Assembly: GCA_963842945.1 (NCBI GenBank)
Contig: CAWJIM010000024.1
Coordinates: 256,001 to 320,000 of the forward strand
DNA length: 64,000 nt
Direction: 5' to 3'
Origin: an uncultured Gemmatimonadales bacterium
Lineage (GTDB): Bacteria; Gemmatimonadota; Gemmatimonadetes; Gemmatimonadales; GWC2-71-9
The notes under the pieces are model-generated. The model made no database searches. It had not been told where the DNA came from and saw nothing but the letters and a program-made list of their open reading frames with translations. The position numbers were made by a program, and so were the translations under genes. Below are positions 43,569 through 52,828 of this stretch, one piece after another. Numbering within the stretch: position 1 is the stretch's first letter; the number at the start of each line of letters is the position of its first letter.

Positions 43569-45537
43569 ATGGCTTCCATCCGTTTCGTTTTTGGTCTCCA
43601 TCTGCACCAGCCAGTCGGCAATTTCGATCACGTGTTCGAGCAACATGTGGCTGATGTGTATCGGCCAATCCTCGAACGGCTGTCCGGCCGCGGATTCCTC
43701 CCAGCGGTGCTGCATCTCTCCGGCCCGTTGCTGGAGTGGCTCGAGGCCAACAACACGGCGTATCTCGATTTCCTGGGCCGGCTGGTCAGCGATGGAAAGG
43801 TGGAGCTGCTCCTGGCCGGCTTCTACGAGCCCGTGCTCGCCTCGATCCCCCGCCGTGACCGGGTGGAACAGATCCAGTGGATGCGCGAAGGCATTCGCCG
43901 CCGGTTCGGCGTGGATGCGAGCGGTCTCTGGCTCACCGAACGGGTGTGGGAGCCCGAGCTGGCAGCCGATCTGGCCAACGCCGGCGTTCGCTACGCGCTG
44001 GTGGATGACCGGCACTTTCTGGTCTCAGGATTTGCGGCCGACCAGCTGCACACGCCCTATTGGACCGAAAGCGACGGCCGGCGGGTGGCGCTCTTCCCCA
44101 TCGACGAGCGGCTCCGGTATCTGATTCCCTTCCGGCCTCCGGAGGAGACCGCGGACTACCTGCGTGAGCTGCGCGGCGCCGGCCACCGCCTGGCGGTGCT
44201 GGCCGACGATGGCGAGAAGTTCGGCGGCTGGCCCGGCACCAAGGAGTGGGTGTACGAACGTGGCTGGCTGGACCGATTCATGGACACGATGAGCGGATTG
44301 ATCGAACGGGGCGAGGTTGAGCTCAGTACCCTGGCGGACGCGCTCGAGCACGTGCCCAGTGGCGGCATTGCTTACCTGCCGAGTGCCTCATACCGGGAGA
44401 TGGAGGGGTGGTCTCTGCCTCCGGATGCGGCGCTCCGGCTGATCCGGCTGGAGCGTGACCTGGGCGAAGCGCGCATCTCGGGCCCCGATGGCCCCCTGAT
44501 CCGGGGCGCACATTGGCGGAACTTCCTGGTGAAGTATTCCGAGTCCAACCGGATGCACAAGAAGATGCAGGCGCTCTCGCTCCTGCTCCGCGAGGCCGGC
44601 GACCCACCCGCTGGCCCGGCGCGCAATCGGACGGGCCCAGTGCAACGATGCTTATTGGCATGGAGTATTCGGCGGCCTGTATCTGCCCCACCTCCGAGAA
44701 GCGATCTGGCGCAATCTCGCCCTGGCTGAACGGGAGCTGCGGAGGGGCCAGGGTTTGGCGGCCGAGGTCTGGGACATCGACGGCGATGGCCACGAGGAAA
44801 TCTGGGTCCATTCCGATCGGTTTTCAGCCATCGTGAGTCCCTGGCGAGGGGGAGCCCTCGAGGAATACACCCTGTTTTCCACTGCGACCAATTACGCCAA
44901 TACGCTCACCCGGCGACGGGAGGCCTATCACGATACCGCCATGGAGCAACGCGCTGAGACCGGCAGCCACGAAGGCGGAACACCCAGCATCCACGATATC
45001 GAAGAGGGGATCCACCTCGACCAGCGTCCGCCGATCGACGCCGACGATCGCGCTCTTTTTGTTGATCGGGTGATCTCCAGCACACTGCAACGGGAGCAGT
45101 ATGCCGCGGGAGATTACCAGCCGGTCAAGTCGTGGGCGCGCTGCCGCTATATCGGTGACGTCGGGCACGAGCCCGATGCGGTCGAAATCAGGATGAATGG
45201 AGAAGGACTTGCGAAGCAGTACCGGTTTTTGCCGGACGGGAGCATTACGGTGAGCTACACCTGGGAGGAATCAGTCGGTCAGCCCAGCGACTTCTTCACC
45301 ACCGAGCTCTCGCTCTTTGCTCCGCTTCCACTGGTCACCGACCCGCAGGCGGACATCTGGACCTTTCCCATCGAGACGGTGGCCAAGTCAGAGCGGGGGC
45401 TGGACCGTACTCGTCAAGGCGAGTCGGTTACCCTGCGCTGGCCGGTGGAGACGGGTACCGCAACCATCGAGCTCCCGGCCACGCAGACCCAGTCAATGGA
45501 ACCCGCCATCGCGGCTAAGACCGCCGATCTTGCCTGA
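43569..45537 (+). CDS. GH57 alpha-amylase / 4-alpha-glucanotransferase (frameshift ~44615)
   Basis: H.HQPVGNF, WLTERVWEP, DDGEKFG.WPGT, WRNFLVKY.ESN.MH, QCND.YWHG.FGGLYLPHLR, TLTRR.EAYH. Confidence 0.92.
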
Positions 45538-45559
45538 CCTGATTGACAAAACCTGACTA

Positions 45560-45952
45560 TCACCGGGGCGGAAGCAACACCCGCTCGGCGCAGGTATTAC
45601 AAATGCCATGCGTGGTGTGAGCATTGTGCTGACGTTCCAGGAACTGCTCCATTGCCAGCCACTCGTCTCCAGCCCGAACTCGACGACACCAGGCGCAGAT
45701 CACTACCAGAGATTCGAGATACTCGATCCGCCGAAATGCCCGGTAGGTGATGGTGACGACAACCGCTCCTACCGCCAAGGCCAGCGCTGACTCGAGCAGG
45801 CCTTCGCTCGGCCGCAGCGGAGTGGCCGGGGTACCAAACAGCAGTCGTGGCAAATCCAGAATCTCGTCCAGCCATATGATCGCGATGATCAGGAGAAATC
45901 CTGCCACTTCCAGTGCCAGCGTGTAGCGGAACACCGCGCCTCGGAGCGTCAC
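45560..45952 (-). CDS. Small membrane protein with C-terminal Cys/His cluster
   Basis: Two TM helices, then ICAWCRRV...W...E.FL...THGICNTC; start inferred. Confidence 0.75.
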   Translation of the reverse strand: MTLRGAVFRYTLALEVAGFLLIIAIIWLDEILDLPRLLFGTPATPLRPSEGLLESALALAVGAVVVTITYRAFRRIEYLESLVVICAWCRRVRAGDEWLAMEQFLERQHNAHTTHGICNTCAERVLLPPR

Positions 45953-46209
45953 GAGCCTTAGCCTCAAATGAGTGTTTATAACAGATAATAGGATCGCCGC
46001 GCCTGGGCTGTAGCTTCCCGCCTCAACGCAGCAATTGCCGTCGCGGCCAGGCGATATCAAGACACTAGGATGGAGCGGCTGGAAGGTGCAAACTTTTGCG
46101 ATGGGGCCAAGCAGGAAGTGGCTGGGTGGCGCGTGTCTTGCCCCCGCTCCGGCTATCCCCAACCGATGTAGGCCAAATGTTCAGCAACAGTGCCGTTCGG
46201 CCTGTCCGA

Positions 46210-46821
46210 ATGCAATACGCGTTCGCGCTTTGCGGGGCGATGCTGCTGTCGGCCTGCGCCTCCAAGTACTCCCAAGTTCCAGCTCGCCTCGATCTGGCTC
46301 CGTACGGCCGGATTGCCATCGTCACGTTTGCGGCGGATCGGCCCAATGATCCCATGAGCACATTGGCAACTCAGCGCTTTGCCGAGGCCTTGCTCGCGAG
46401 CCAGACCGGTGTCGAGCTGCTCGAGCTGGGATCAACCGACTCTTCACTGAAAGCGCTTCCAGCTGCGACTGATGCGGTGGCACTGGCTCAGGCCCTTGGG
46501 AAGCAGAAGAACGTTCCGGCCGTTTTCGTCGGCTCGCTCAAGGTGTCGCAGCTGAAGCCCCGCGGACACATCGGCGCATCGGGCATGAACGTGCAGGCCG
46601 GCGTGTCGGCCGAGCTCACCGTGAGGCTCCTGTCGACCAGCACCGGAGGCACGGTCTGGCGCTCCAGCTCGATGGCGAACGGCACGGTGGGACAGCTGAA
46701 TATTTCCGACCGGCTGCCGTCGATCGCGGTGCGGGACAAGGAAGAGGCGTACGGTGAGATCGTCCGTCAGCTGATCGTGGATGTCACTCGCGACCTTCGT
46801 CCCACCTGGGTCAAGCAGTAG
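46210..46821 (+). CDS. Hypothetical lipoprotein (CsgG/LpoB-like alpha/beta domain possible)
   Basis: Lipobox LSAC; RIAIV.F, V..RL..T.TG.TVW. Confidence 0.75.
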   Translation: MQYAFALCGAMLLSACASKYSQVPARLDLAPYGRIAIVTFAADRPNDPMSTLATQRFAEALLASQTGVELLELGSTDSSLKALPAATDAVALAQALGKQKNVPAVFVGSLKVSQLKPRGHIGASGMNVQAGVSAELTVRLLSTSTGGTVWRSSSMANGTVGQLNISDRLPSIAVRDKEEAYGEIVRQLIVDVTRDLRPTWVKQ

Positions 46822-46841
46822 CCGCCCTACCCGAGGCGTCG

Positions 46842-46875
46842 AAACAGCCCCTCTTTATCGAGGGGCTGTTTTTTT
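46842..46875. terminator. Intrinsic terminator between convergent genes
   Basis: AAACAGCCCCTC-TTTATC-GAGGGGCTGTTT plus a T run. Confidence 0.85.
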
Positions 46876-47433
46876 GCCCCTGCTCACGGTCTCTTCGTCC
46901 AGGCGAGCCCGGATGGCGGCCAACAAAGGGTCTGCCGCGGTATACTGCTGCCCGTAGGCGAGATTGAAGGCGTAGTCAAAGTCGGGAGGGTTTTTCCCCT
47001 GGGTGTGCTGCAGAATGGTTTCCAGCTTGTCCAGCCCTTTGGCCAGCTTCGCTTCGGGAGAGCTTGCGGCCTCGTAGTCGTCCCACAATTCGACAATCTC
47101 GCGACGCAAATCAGGCGGGAGCGGCTCGCTGAGCTCCAAAAGGTCGGCGCGTTCGTGGCTGGCTTTCGGCATTCCCGCTGACTGCAGCGGCGCCGGCACG
47201 TCGCCTCCCAGCGCTTCGCCCAGATCGTGGATCAGACACATCTTGAGCAGCCGTGCCAGATCAATCCCGGGTGTGCGGCCGTAAAGAAGCATGGCCATAA
47301 GTGCGAGGCGCCAGGTGTGCTCCGCCACGCTTTCCCGATCGCCGGCGGAAGTCCAGCCGCTGCGAGTGACTGTTTTCAGCCGCTCGGCCGCACGGAGGAA
47401 GCTGAGGACGCCCTCGATGTCGGTGGGCTGCAT
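46855..47433 (-). CDS. HD domain phosphohydrolase (HDDC2/YfbR-like)
   Basis: LK...R.GW, ESVAEHTWR, IHDLGE...GD, EAK..K.LDKLE. Confidence 0.9.
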   Translation of the reverse strand: MQPTDIEGVLSFLRAAERLKTVTRSGWTSAGDRESVAEHTWRLALMAMLLYGRTPGIDLARLLKMCLIHDLGEALGGDVPAPLQSAGMPKASHERADLLELSEPLPPDLRREIVELWDDYEAASSPEAKLAKGLDKLETILQHTQGKNPPDFDYAFNLAYGQQYTAADPLLAAIRARLDEETVSRGKKTAPR

Positions 47434-47443
47434 CTCGACTCCG

Positions 47444-47944
47444 CTACTTCAGGCGTCGGTCATTCCTCGCCGGCGGCCACGCACCCAACAACCGGCGCAC
47501 CACTACCAGCTCACCAATATGGTAAGCGGCATGGTCGGCAGCCAGCAAAATCTCCCGAAGATACGTCTGGCCTTCGCCGTGGGGGATCCGGGCTTCGAGA
47601 GTGATCTTGGGATCTTTACTCAGGTCCTGCAATCCGGCCCGATCTCGAAGAAACTCCCGGACGCTCGTGTCCCAAGCAGTAGAGTCCGGCGGTGAGGCTG
47701 AGGATGGCCAGTAATCATCCGGCCACTTGAGCTCGCGGTACTTGGGATTGCGGCAGAAATCCAAGATGTCGGCCTGGGTAATCCGGAGGTGCTCGACCAG
47801 CTGCCACGGGGAGTAAGGCAGACTCGCCGGATTGGTTCCCTGCAAATGAACCGGCAAATCGGTCACGGCCGCCTCGAAGCTGATATGCGCGTCCTCCCAG
47901 CTCAACAGCTTCGTCAGGTGTTCTCGGATACTCGAATCGGCCAC
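47444..47944 (-). CDS. DinB family protein
   Basis: AH..F, YSPWQLVEHLRI.Q.DI, T.LRE.LL.ADH.AYH.G. Confidence 0.88.
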   Translation of the reverse strand: MADSSIREHLTKLLSWEDAHISFEAAVTDLPVHLQGTNPASLPYSPWQLVEHLRITQADILDFCRNPKYRELKWPDDYWPSSASPPDSTAWDTSVREFLRDRAGLQDLSKDPKITLEARIPHGEGQTYLREILLAADHAAYHIGELVVVRRLLGAWPPARNDRRLK

Positions 47945-47947
47945 GGC

Positions 47948-48536
47948 TCACTCCGGATTGGATTTCGGGCCGCTCTCCAACGCGCCGCGCAGCGCTCGGA
48001 ATGCACGCGCCAGATCGGGCAACTGGTGGTTCGCATTCAACCCGCTGGGGTTGGGCAGGACCCACAAGCGCGCTCTCGCCGATCACTTCCTGCTGGCGTC
48101 CCATAACGGCTTTGGGCCGGTCGAACGCTGTACGATAGGCGCCGATTCCAACTACCGCCACCCAACGCGGACAGTAGCGCACGACCTTTCGCTCGAGTCG
48201 CCTTCTGCCTGACCGCAACTCGTCGGGGGATAGCTCCGCTGCCGTCGCGGTGGCCCGCGCGACCAGATTGGTGATGCCCAGGCCTTCCTCCAGGAGCAGA
48301 TGCTCCTCCCAGGGACTTACCAGCCGGTGAGTAAATCCGGCGGCGTACAGTGCCGGCCAGAAGCGATTTCCCGGCCGAGCGAAGTGGTGGCGCGTGGCTC
48401 CGGAGTAGAGCCCGGGATTGATACCGCAGAACAACACCTCGAGATCCGGACGGATCAGGTCCGGAACCGTGCGGCCTACGGCAGCCGCGACCTCAGCCTT
48501 GGTAGGCCGGGGGAAGCTCGAGGGACCATTCACCAC
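47948..48536 (-). CDS. mug: G/U mismatch-specific DNA glycosylase (frameshift ~48065)
   Basis: VLFCGINPGLYS, HHFARPGNRFW, GITNLV.R.T; corrected tail WVLPNPSGLNA...NPE*. Confidence 0.92.
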
Positions 48537-48538
48537 GC

Positions 48539-48895
48539 TCAGAGGAGAGTCAGCAGGATCGTCAGAATGAAAGCCGAGATCCACGACTTGAGATAGACGC
48601 CGCGGGCCTGGCGTCTGACTGAGGAGAGCTCCAGAGGATCGCTGATGTGCTCGGGGCCCGTATCCATGTCACGCTGACCGCGTGCGGCGAGCTTCACTCA
48701 GGTGCGTTCCCGGGCCTGAAAGAACCCCAGTGCGGCGGCCCAAAGCGGAACGATGAGCAGCAGCCTCCATCCGCGCGCCGCATCAGTATGGATCAGCATC
48801 GCCGCGGCTACCAGGCTGGCGGTGAGGAGCACGACGCCGAAGGTGAGCCGCTTACGACGCTCATGGGGACCGATGTTGGCGGTGGCGGTGGTCAT
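48539..48895 (-). CDS. Small 3-TM membrane protein with in-frame TGA at codon 66 (candidate selenoprotein)
   Basis: ...GFFQARERT-TGA-VKLAARGQRDMDTGPEHISDPLELSSVRRQARGVYLKSWISAFILTILLTLL*; the read-through frame stays open and stops 2 nt before the mug GTG. Confidence 0.7.
48670..48684 (-). promoter_or_regulatory. Putative bacterial SECIS hairpin
   Basis: mRNA CACGC-GGUCA-GCGUG; the G-initiated apical loop begins 18 nt after the UGA. Confidence 0.55.
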
Positions 48896-48917
48896 CGAGA
48901 TCCGATCGCGGCCGGCA

Positions 48918-49472
48918 CTACCCTGCCGGCTCTGCCGGCCGACCCGGAGCGATCCTCTTCTCTGCCCGACCCTTCACGTAGGCATAGATCGCCTGAATTT
49001 GGTCAGGGCTCAGCGTCCCTTTGAATGCGGGCATTCCGCGATCGGGACGCCCCTGACTCACAACCTGGCCGAACTTCTCCGGCGTAGCGACCGGACCCCC
49101 GGGAGCCAGCGATACCAGCAGATTGGCCGCCACCGGATTGGGCAGCACATCCTGGCCGTGGCACCGGGCGCAGTTCACGCTGTACTGCCGCCACCCTTCG
49201 TACTCGGTCTGGCTCACCTTGGGGGCATTTGCCGGCTGATTCGCTTCCGCCTTCTGCGGCGCGGTCGGGGGAGTATCGACGGCGGATGACTGGGACGGCG
49301 TGATCGGAGGGGTGGCAACTCCGGTATCAGGAGTGATAGCGGTGTCGACCGGGACTTGTGGTGCACCGCTGTCGATCGGCGCCGGCCCGCTCTCCGAATC
49401 CGACGCCCGGGACCCGCAACCTGCCAGGAGGATCAGCCCCGACAGCAACGCCACGCCAATCGGCCGCCTCAT
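48918..49472 (-). CDS. Lipoprotein monoheme cytochrome c
   Basis: Lipobox LAGC, Pro/Ala/Thr linker, CARCH, distal GMPAF, IYAYVKGR. Confidence 0.92.
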   Translation of the reverse strand: MRRPIGVALLSGLILLAGCGSRASDSESGPAPIDSGAPQVPVDTAITPDTGVATPPITPSQSSAVDTPPTAPQKAEANQPANAPKVSQTEYEGWRQYSVNCARCHGQDVLPNPVAANLLVSLAPGGPVATPEKFGQVVSQGRPDRGMPAFKGTLSPDQIQAIYAYVKGRAEKRIAPGRPAEPAG

Positions 49473-50246
49473 CCGCCGGATCTCACGGCTGGACGCCCCG
49501 GATGAATCTTGGCATCACTCCGACCTTTCACATACGAGTAGATCGCCTCGATCGTGGGCATCTCCATACCCAGAGAACACCATGAGGGCATGCCCTTGGG
49601 CGGGCCGGCCGGCGCAGACCGTCTGGACGAACAGCTCCTTGGTGTTGATGGGGCCGTCCGGCTTGAGCGACACGATGAGGTGCGGCGCGATGGTCGTTCC
49701 CTGCGCGTCCTCGCCGTGGCAACGCGCGCAGTTCAGGTTGAATTGCTTCCAGCCGTCGTAAACCTGCTGGGGAACCGTATCGAGCGGCGCCGTGTGGTAA
49801 GGATCGCGCAGGGGCGCATCGGCCGCGGCTGTCTGCGAGGGCGCGGCTGCGCTCTCCGCCGGCTTGGGGGCGCTGTCGGGCCGTGGAGCGGCCGCCTCAA
49901 CAGTGGTATCAGGACGCTGAGCGCTGGCCTGCGCTGCAGGTTTGGGCTTGGCCGGCCGGGGGGCCGGCTTCGGCGCAGCCGGCTTGGTGGCGACTGCTTT
50001 GGCGGTATCGGCGCGAACACCGGTCGATTCCGGCCGGCTTACGCCGGAGGTGTCCCGCATCTGAGCGTTGGTGTCGCTCGATGTACTGACCGCAGCGTCG
50101 GCGCCTGAGGTCGGGGTCGTATCCCGCGACACCACACCGGAGCGCTGTTCGCCCCCGCAGCCCGCGAGGCCGGCCAGCACGAGCACGCCTGTCAGTGAGG
50201 CCTTCCATCCCCGCAAAGTCCAATGCTTCCGGCAAGCACCAATCAT
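49469..50246 (-). CDS. Lipoprotein monoheme cytochrome c, paralog (frameshift ~49598)
   Basis: GAGGAGG RBS; LAGC; long linker; CARCH; corrected tail GRPAKGMPSWCSLGMEMPTIEAIYSYVKGRSDAKIHPGRPAVRSGG*, overlapping the next ATG. Confidence 0.88.
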
Positions 50247-50380
50247 GTGAATGAACCCCTCCTCTAGTGTGGCCGTCCAGCGCGTCGAGTGAGCTAAAGA
50301 TTGTCTGCTCGCCCTGGTTGCTAGGTGACGCAGGTCACGAGAACGGTGCAGGAATTCAGACCCCAAATTATTATCCCGGC

Positions 50381-51267
50381 ATGACGCAGAATCCGAACTG
50401 CTGTGACGTTGGGACTGGTGCAGATGCGCTGCACACCCGAGCCCGTCCGGAACATGGCCGCCGCCGTTCAGGGGGTGCGGGACGCGGCGGCACGTGGAGC
50501 CCAGATCGTCTGCCTCCAGGAGCTGTTCCGCAGTCAGTACTTCTGCCAGACCGAAGACCACCGCTGCTTCGATTTGGCCGAGCCGGTGCCGGGACCCTCA
50601 ACCGAGGAGCTGGGCGCGCTGGCCGCGGAGCTCGGGGTGGTCATCGTGGCGTCACTGTTCGAGAAACGAGCCCAGGGCATCTACCACAATACCGCCGCCA
50701 TTCTCGATGCCGACGGACGGTACCTGGGGAAATACCGGAAGATGCACATACCGGATGACCCCCAGTACTACGAGAAGTTCTACTTCACGCCCGGCGACCT
50801 GGGCTTCCGCTCCTGGGACACCCGGTTCGGCCGCATCGGCGTACTGGTGTGCTGGGATCAGTGGTATCCCGAGGCGGCCCGGCTGACCGCGATGAGTGGC
50901 GCCCAGATTCTGTTCTATCCCACCGCCATCGGCTGGCTACCGGCCGAGAAGGAAGAGCACGGCGCACAGCAACAGGCCGCCTGGGAAACCATCCAGCGAA
51001 GCCACGCCATTGCCAATGGGGTCTACGTCTGCGCGGTGAATCGGGTGGGATTCGAGGGAGCGTCGGACGCGGGGAATCGAGTTCTGGGGCGGCAGCTTTG
51101 TCTCCGATCCGGGAGGCCGGGTGATCGCAAAGGGAGGCACCGGCGAAGAAGTCCTGATCGCGCGGTGTGACCTCTCCAAGGTGGACGCCAGTCGGACGCA
51201 CTGGCCGTTCCTGCGGGATCGCCGGATAGACGCCTACGCCGACCTCACCAAGCGCTATCTCGACTGA
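50381..51267 (+). CDS. aguB: N-carbamoylputrescine amidase (nitrilase family; frameshifts)
   Basis: QELF...YFCQ, YRKMHIPDDP.YYEKFYF.PGD, VCWDQWYPEAAR, tail WPFLRDRRIDAY; adjacent to agmatine deiminase. Confidence 0.88.
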
Positions 51268-51304
51268 AAGCACGTCCTCCACTCCTGCTCAACTGGGCTA
51301 TCGG

Positions 51305-52336
51305 ATGCCGGCCGAGTGGGAGCCCCACCGCGGCACCTGGCTGAGTTGGCCCCATAAGGAAGCGTCCTGGCCGGGGAAGTTCACACCGATTCCCCGCATC
51401 TTCGCCCGCATGGTAGGTCTTCTGGCCGACCACGAGGAAGTCCATATCAACGTGGCCGGACCCGCAATGGAAGACGAAGTGCGGCGGCTTCTGTCCGATT
51501 GCGGCACTGACACCGGCAACGTGTTCTTCCACCTCCATCCTACGAACGACGCCTGGTGTCGAGATCACGGACCGATCTTCGTTCAGCGTCCGGAGGTCGA
51601 ACATCCTCAGGCCATCATCGATTGGGGGTTCAACGCCTGGGGTGGAAAGTACCCGCCGTACGATCTGGATGACGTCATACCTACCCGGATCGCCCAAGAG
51701 CTGAGCCTTCCGGTCTTCCAGCCGGGCATCGTGCTGGAGGGCGGCTCCATCGATGTGAACGGACGGGGGACCCTCCTGACCACCGAGTCCTGCCTGCTCA
51801 ACCCCAACCGCAATCCTGCGCTGACTCGCCTGGAGATCGAACAGTTTCTCCGGGCATACCTTGGCGTGCGTCACATCCTCTGGCTGGGCGACGGTATTGC
51901 CGGCGATGACACCGATGGGCATGTCGACGATCTCACCCGATTTGTCGACGATCGGACCGTGGTCACCGTTGTGGAGGAGGATCCCGCTGACGAAAACTAC
52001 GAGCCGCTCCAGGATAATCTGGAGCGGCTCCGGGGCATGACCGACCAGGACGGTCTTCCGCTGCGGGTGGTTACCTTGCCAATGCCGCGAGGCCTGTGGC
52101 ACGAGGGCCAGCGATTGCCGGCCAGCTACGCCAACTTCTACATCGCCAATGGGGTGGTGTTACTTCCCACCTATGATCCCGAGCGCGACGAAGAGGCGCG
52201 CGCCACTCTGCAGGAACTCTTTCCTTCCCGGGAAGTGGTTGGCATCGATTGCACCGATCTGGTCTGGGGACTCGGCGCCTTTCATTGCGTGACTCAACAG
52301 TGGCCGGCGGCAGCGGGGCAGACGGGAAGCGGGTAA
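51305..52336 (+). CDS. aguA: Agmatine deiminase family protein
   Basis: MPAEWEPH, W.RDHGP, FNAWGGKY, LEGGS, DDTDGHVD, ASYANF, G.FHCVTQQ. Confidence 0.92.
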   Translation: MPAEWEPHRGTWLSWPHKEASWPGKFTPIPRIFARMVGLLADHEEVHINVAGPAMEDEVRRLLSDCGTDTGNVFFHLHPTNDAWCRDHGPIFVQRPEVEHPQAIIDWGFNAWGGKYPPYDLDDVIPTRIAQELSLPVFQPGIVLEGGSIDVNGRGTLLTTESCLLNPNRNPALTRLEIEQFLRAYLGVRHILWLGDGIAGDDTDGHVDDLTRFVDDRTVVTVVEEDPADENYEPLQDNLERLRGMTDQDGLPLRVVTLPMPRGLWHEGQRLPASYANFYIANGVVLLPTYDPERDEEARATLQELFPSREVVGIDCTDLVWGLGAFHCVTQQWPAAAGQTGSG

Positions 52337-52411
52337 GTGGGGAAGTAACCGCGCCCGGCTGTTCTGCTGTCCCACTGCCCTGCTGCCCCGCTGCCCTGCT
52401 GCCCCGCTTCC
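52310..52411. repeat. Inverted 8-bp tandem arrays between convergent genes
   Basis: GCAGCGGG GCAGACGG GAAGCGGG TAAGTGGG ... CCCGGCTG TTCTGCTG TCCCACTG CCCTGCTG CCCCGCTG CCCTGCTG CCCCGCTT. Confidence 0.8.
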
Positions 52412-52799
52412 TTACGACTTCTGCCAGGTTCCTACCAGCGCTGCCCGGCGTCCACCGCAGGTGTCCATGCCCAAGCCGGCGATGCGAAGCTCGTCCTGAT
52501 CCCGGCTCACCACATAGCGAGCGTCTCCGGTCTGGCAGGCGCTGACGGCGGTATCGGCCTTGAAGACCAGGGTGTCGCCGTTGAAGCGACCGCGTCCCTT
52601 CATGTCCACCGAATCGGGCCAGCGGGGCGAGGGAAGCATCAGCTCCACGCCGCCGTTGGAGGCCAGCTTCATGTGAACTTCGCCTTCTCCGTAGAGGTCG
52701 CGCTTCCAGGTACCGGCGTATTTGCCACCCGTCTCCGCCGCAGGAGGCGAGCAGCCCCAGCAGCAGTGTCAGGATGACAAGAGACCGCGTGCCAATCAT
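52412..52799 (-). CDS. Small lipoprotein downstream of susD (frameshift ~52728)
   Basis: AAGGAG RBS; LASC lipobox; corrected frame YAGTWKRDLYGEGEVHMKL...ACQ...DTCGGRR..LVGTWQKS*. Confidence 0.7.
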
Positions 52800-52828
52800 C
52801 GGAACTCCTTCCTTGTGGAGGTTGCCAA

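Noticed and set aside
48698..48700. Genome-wide UGA reassignment to Trp/Gly
   Set aside because: TGA is the normal stop of many genes here (infA, ettA, glgP, ATGA overlaps) and Trp is encoded by TGG
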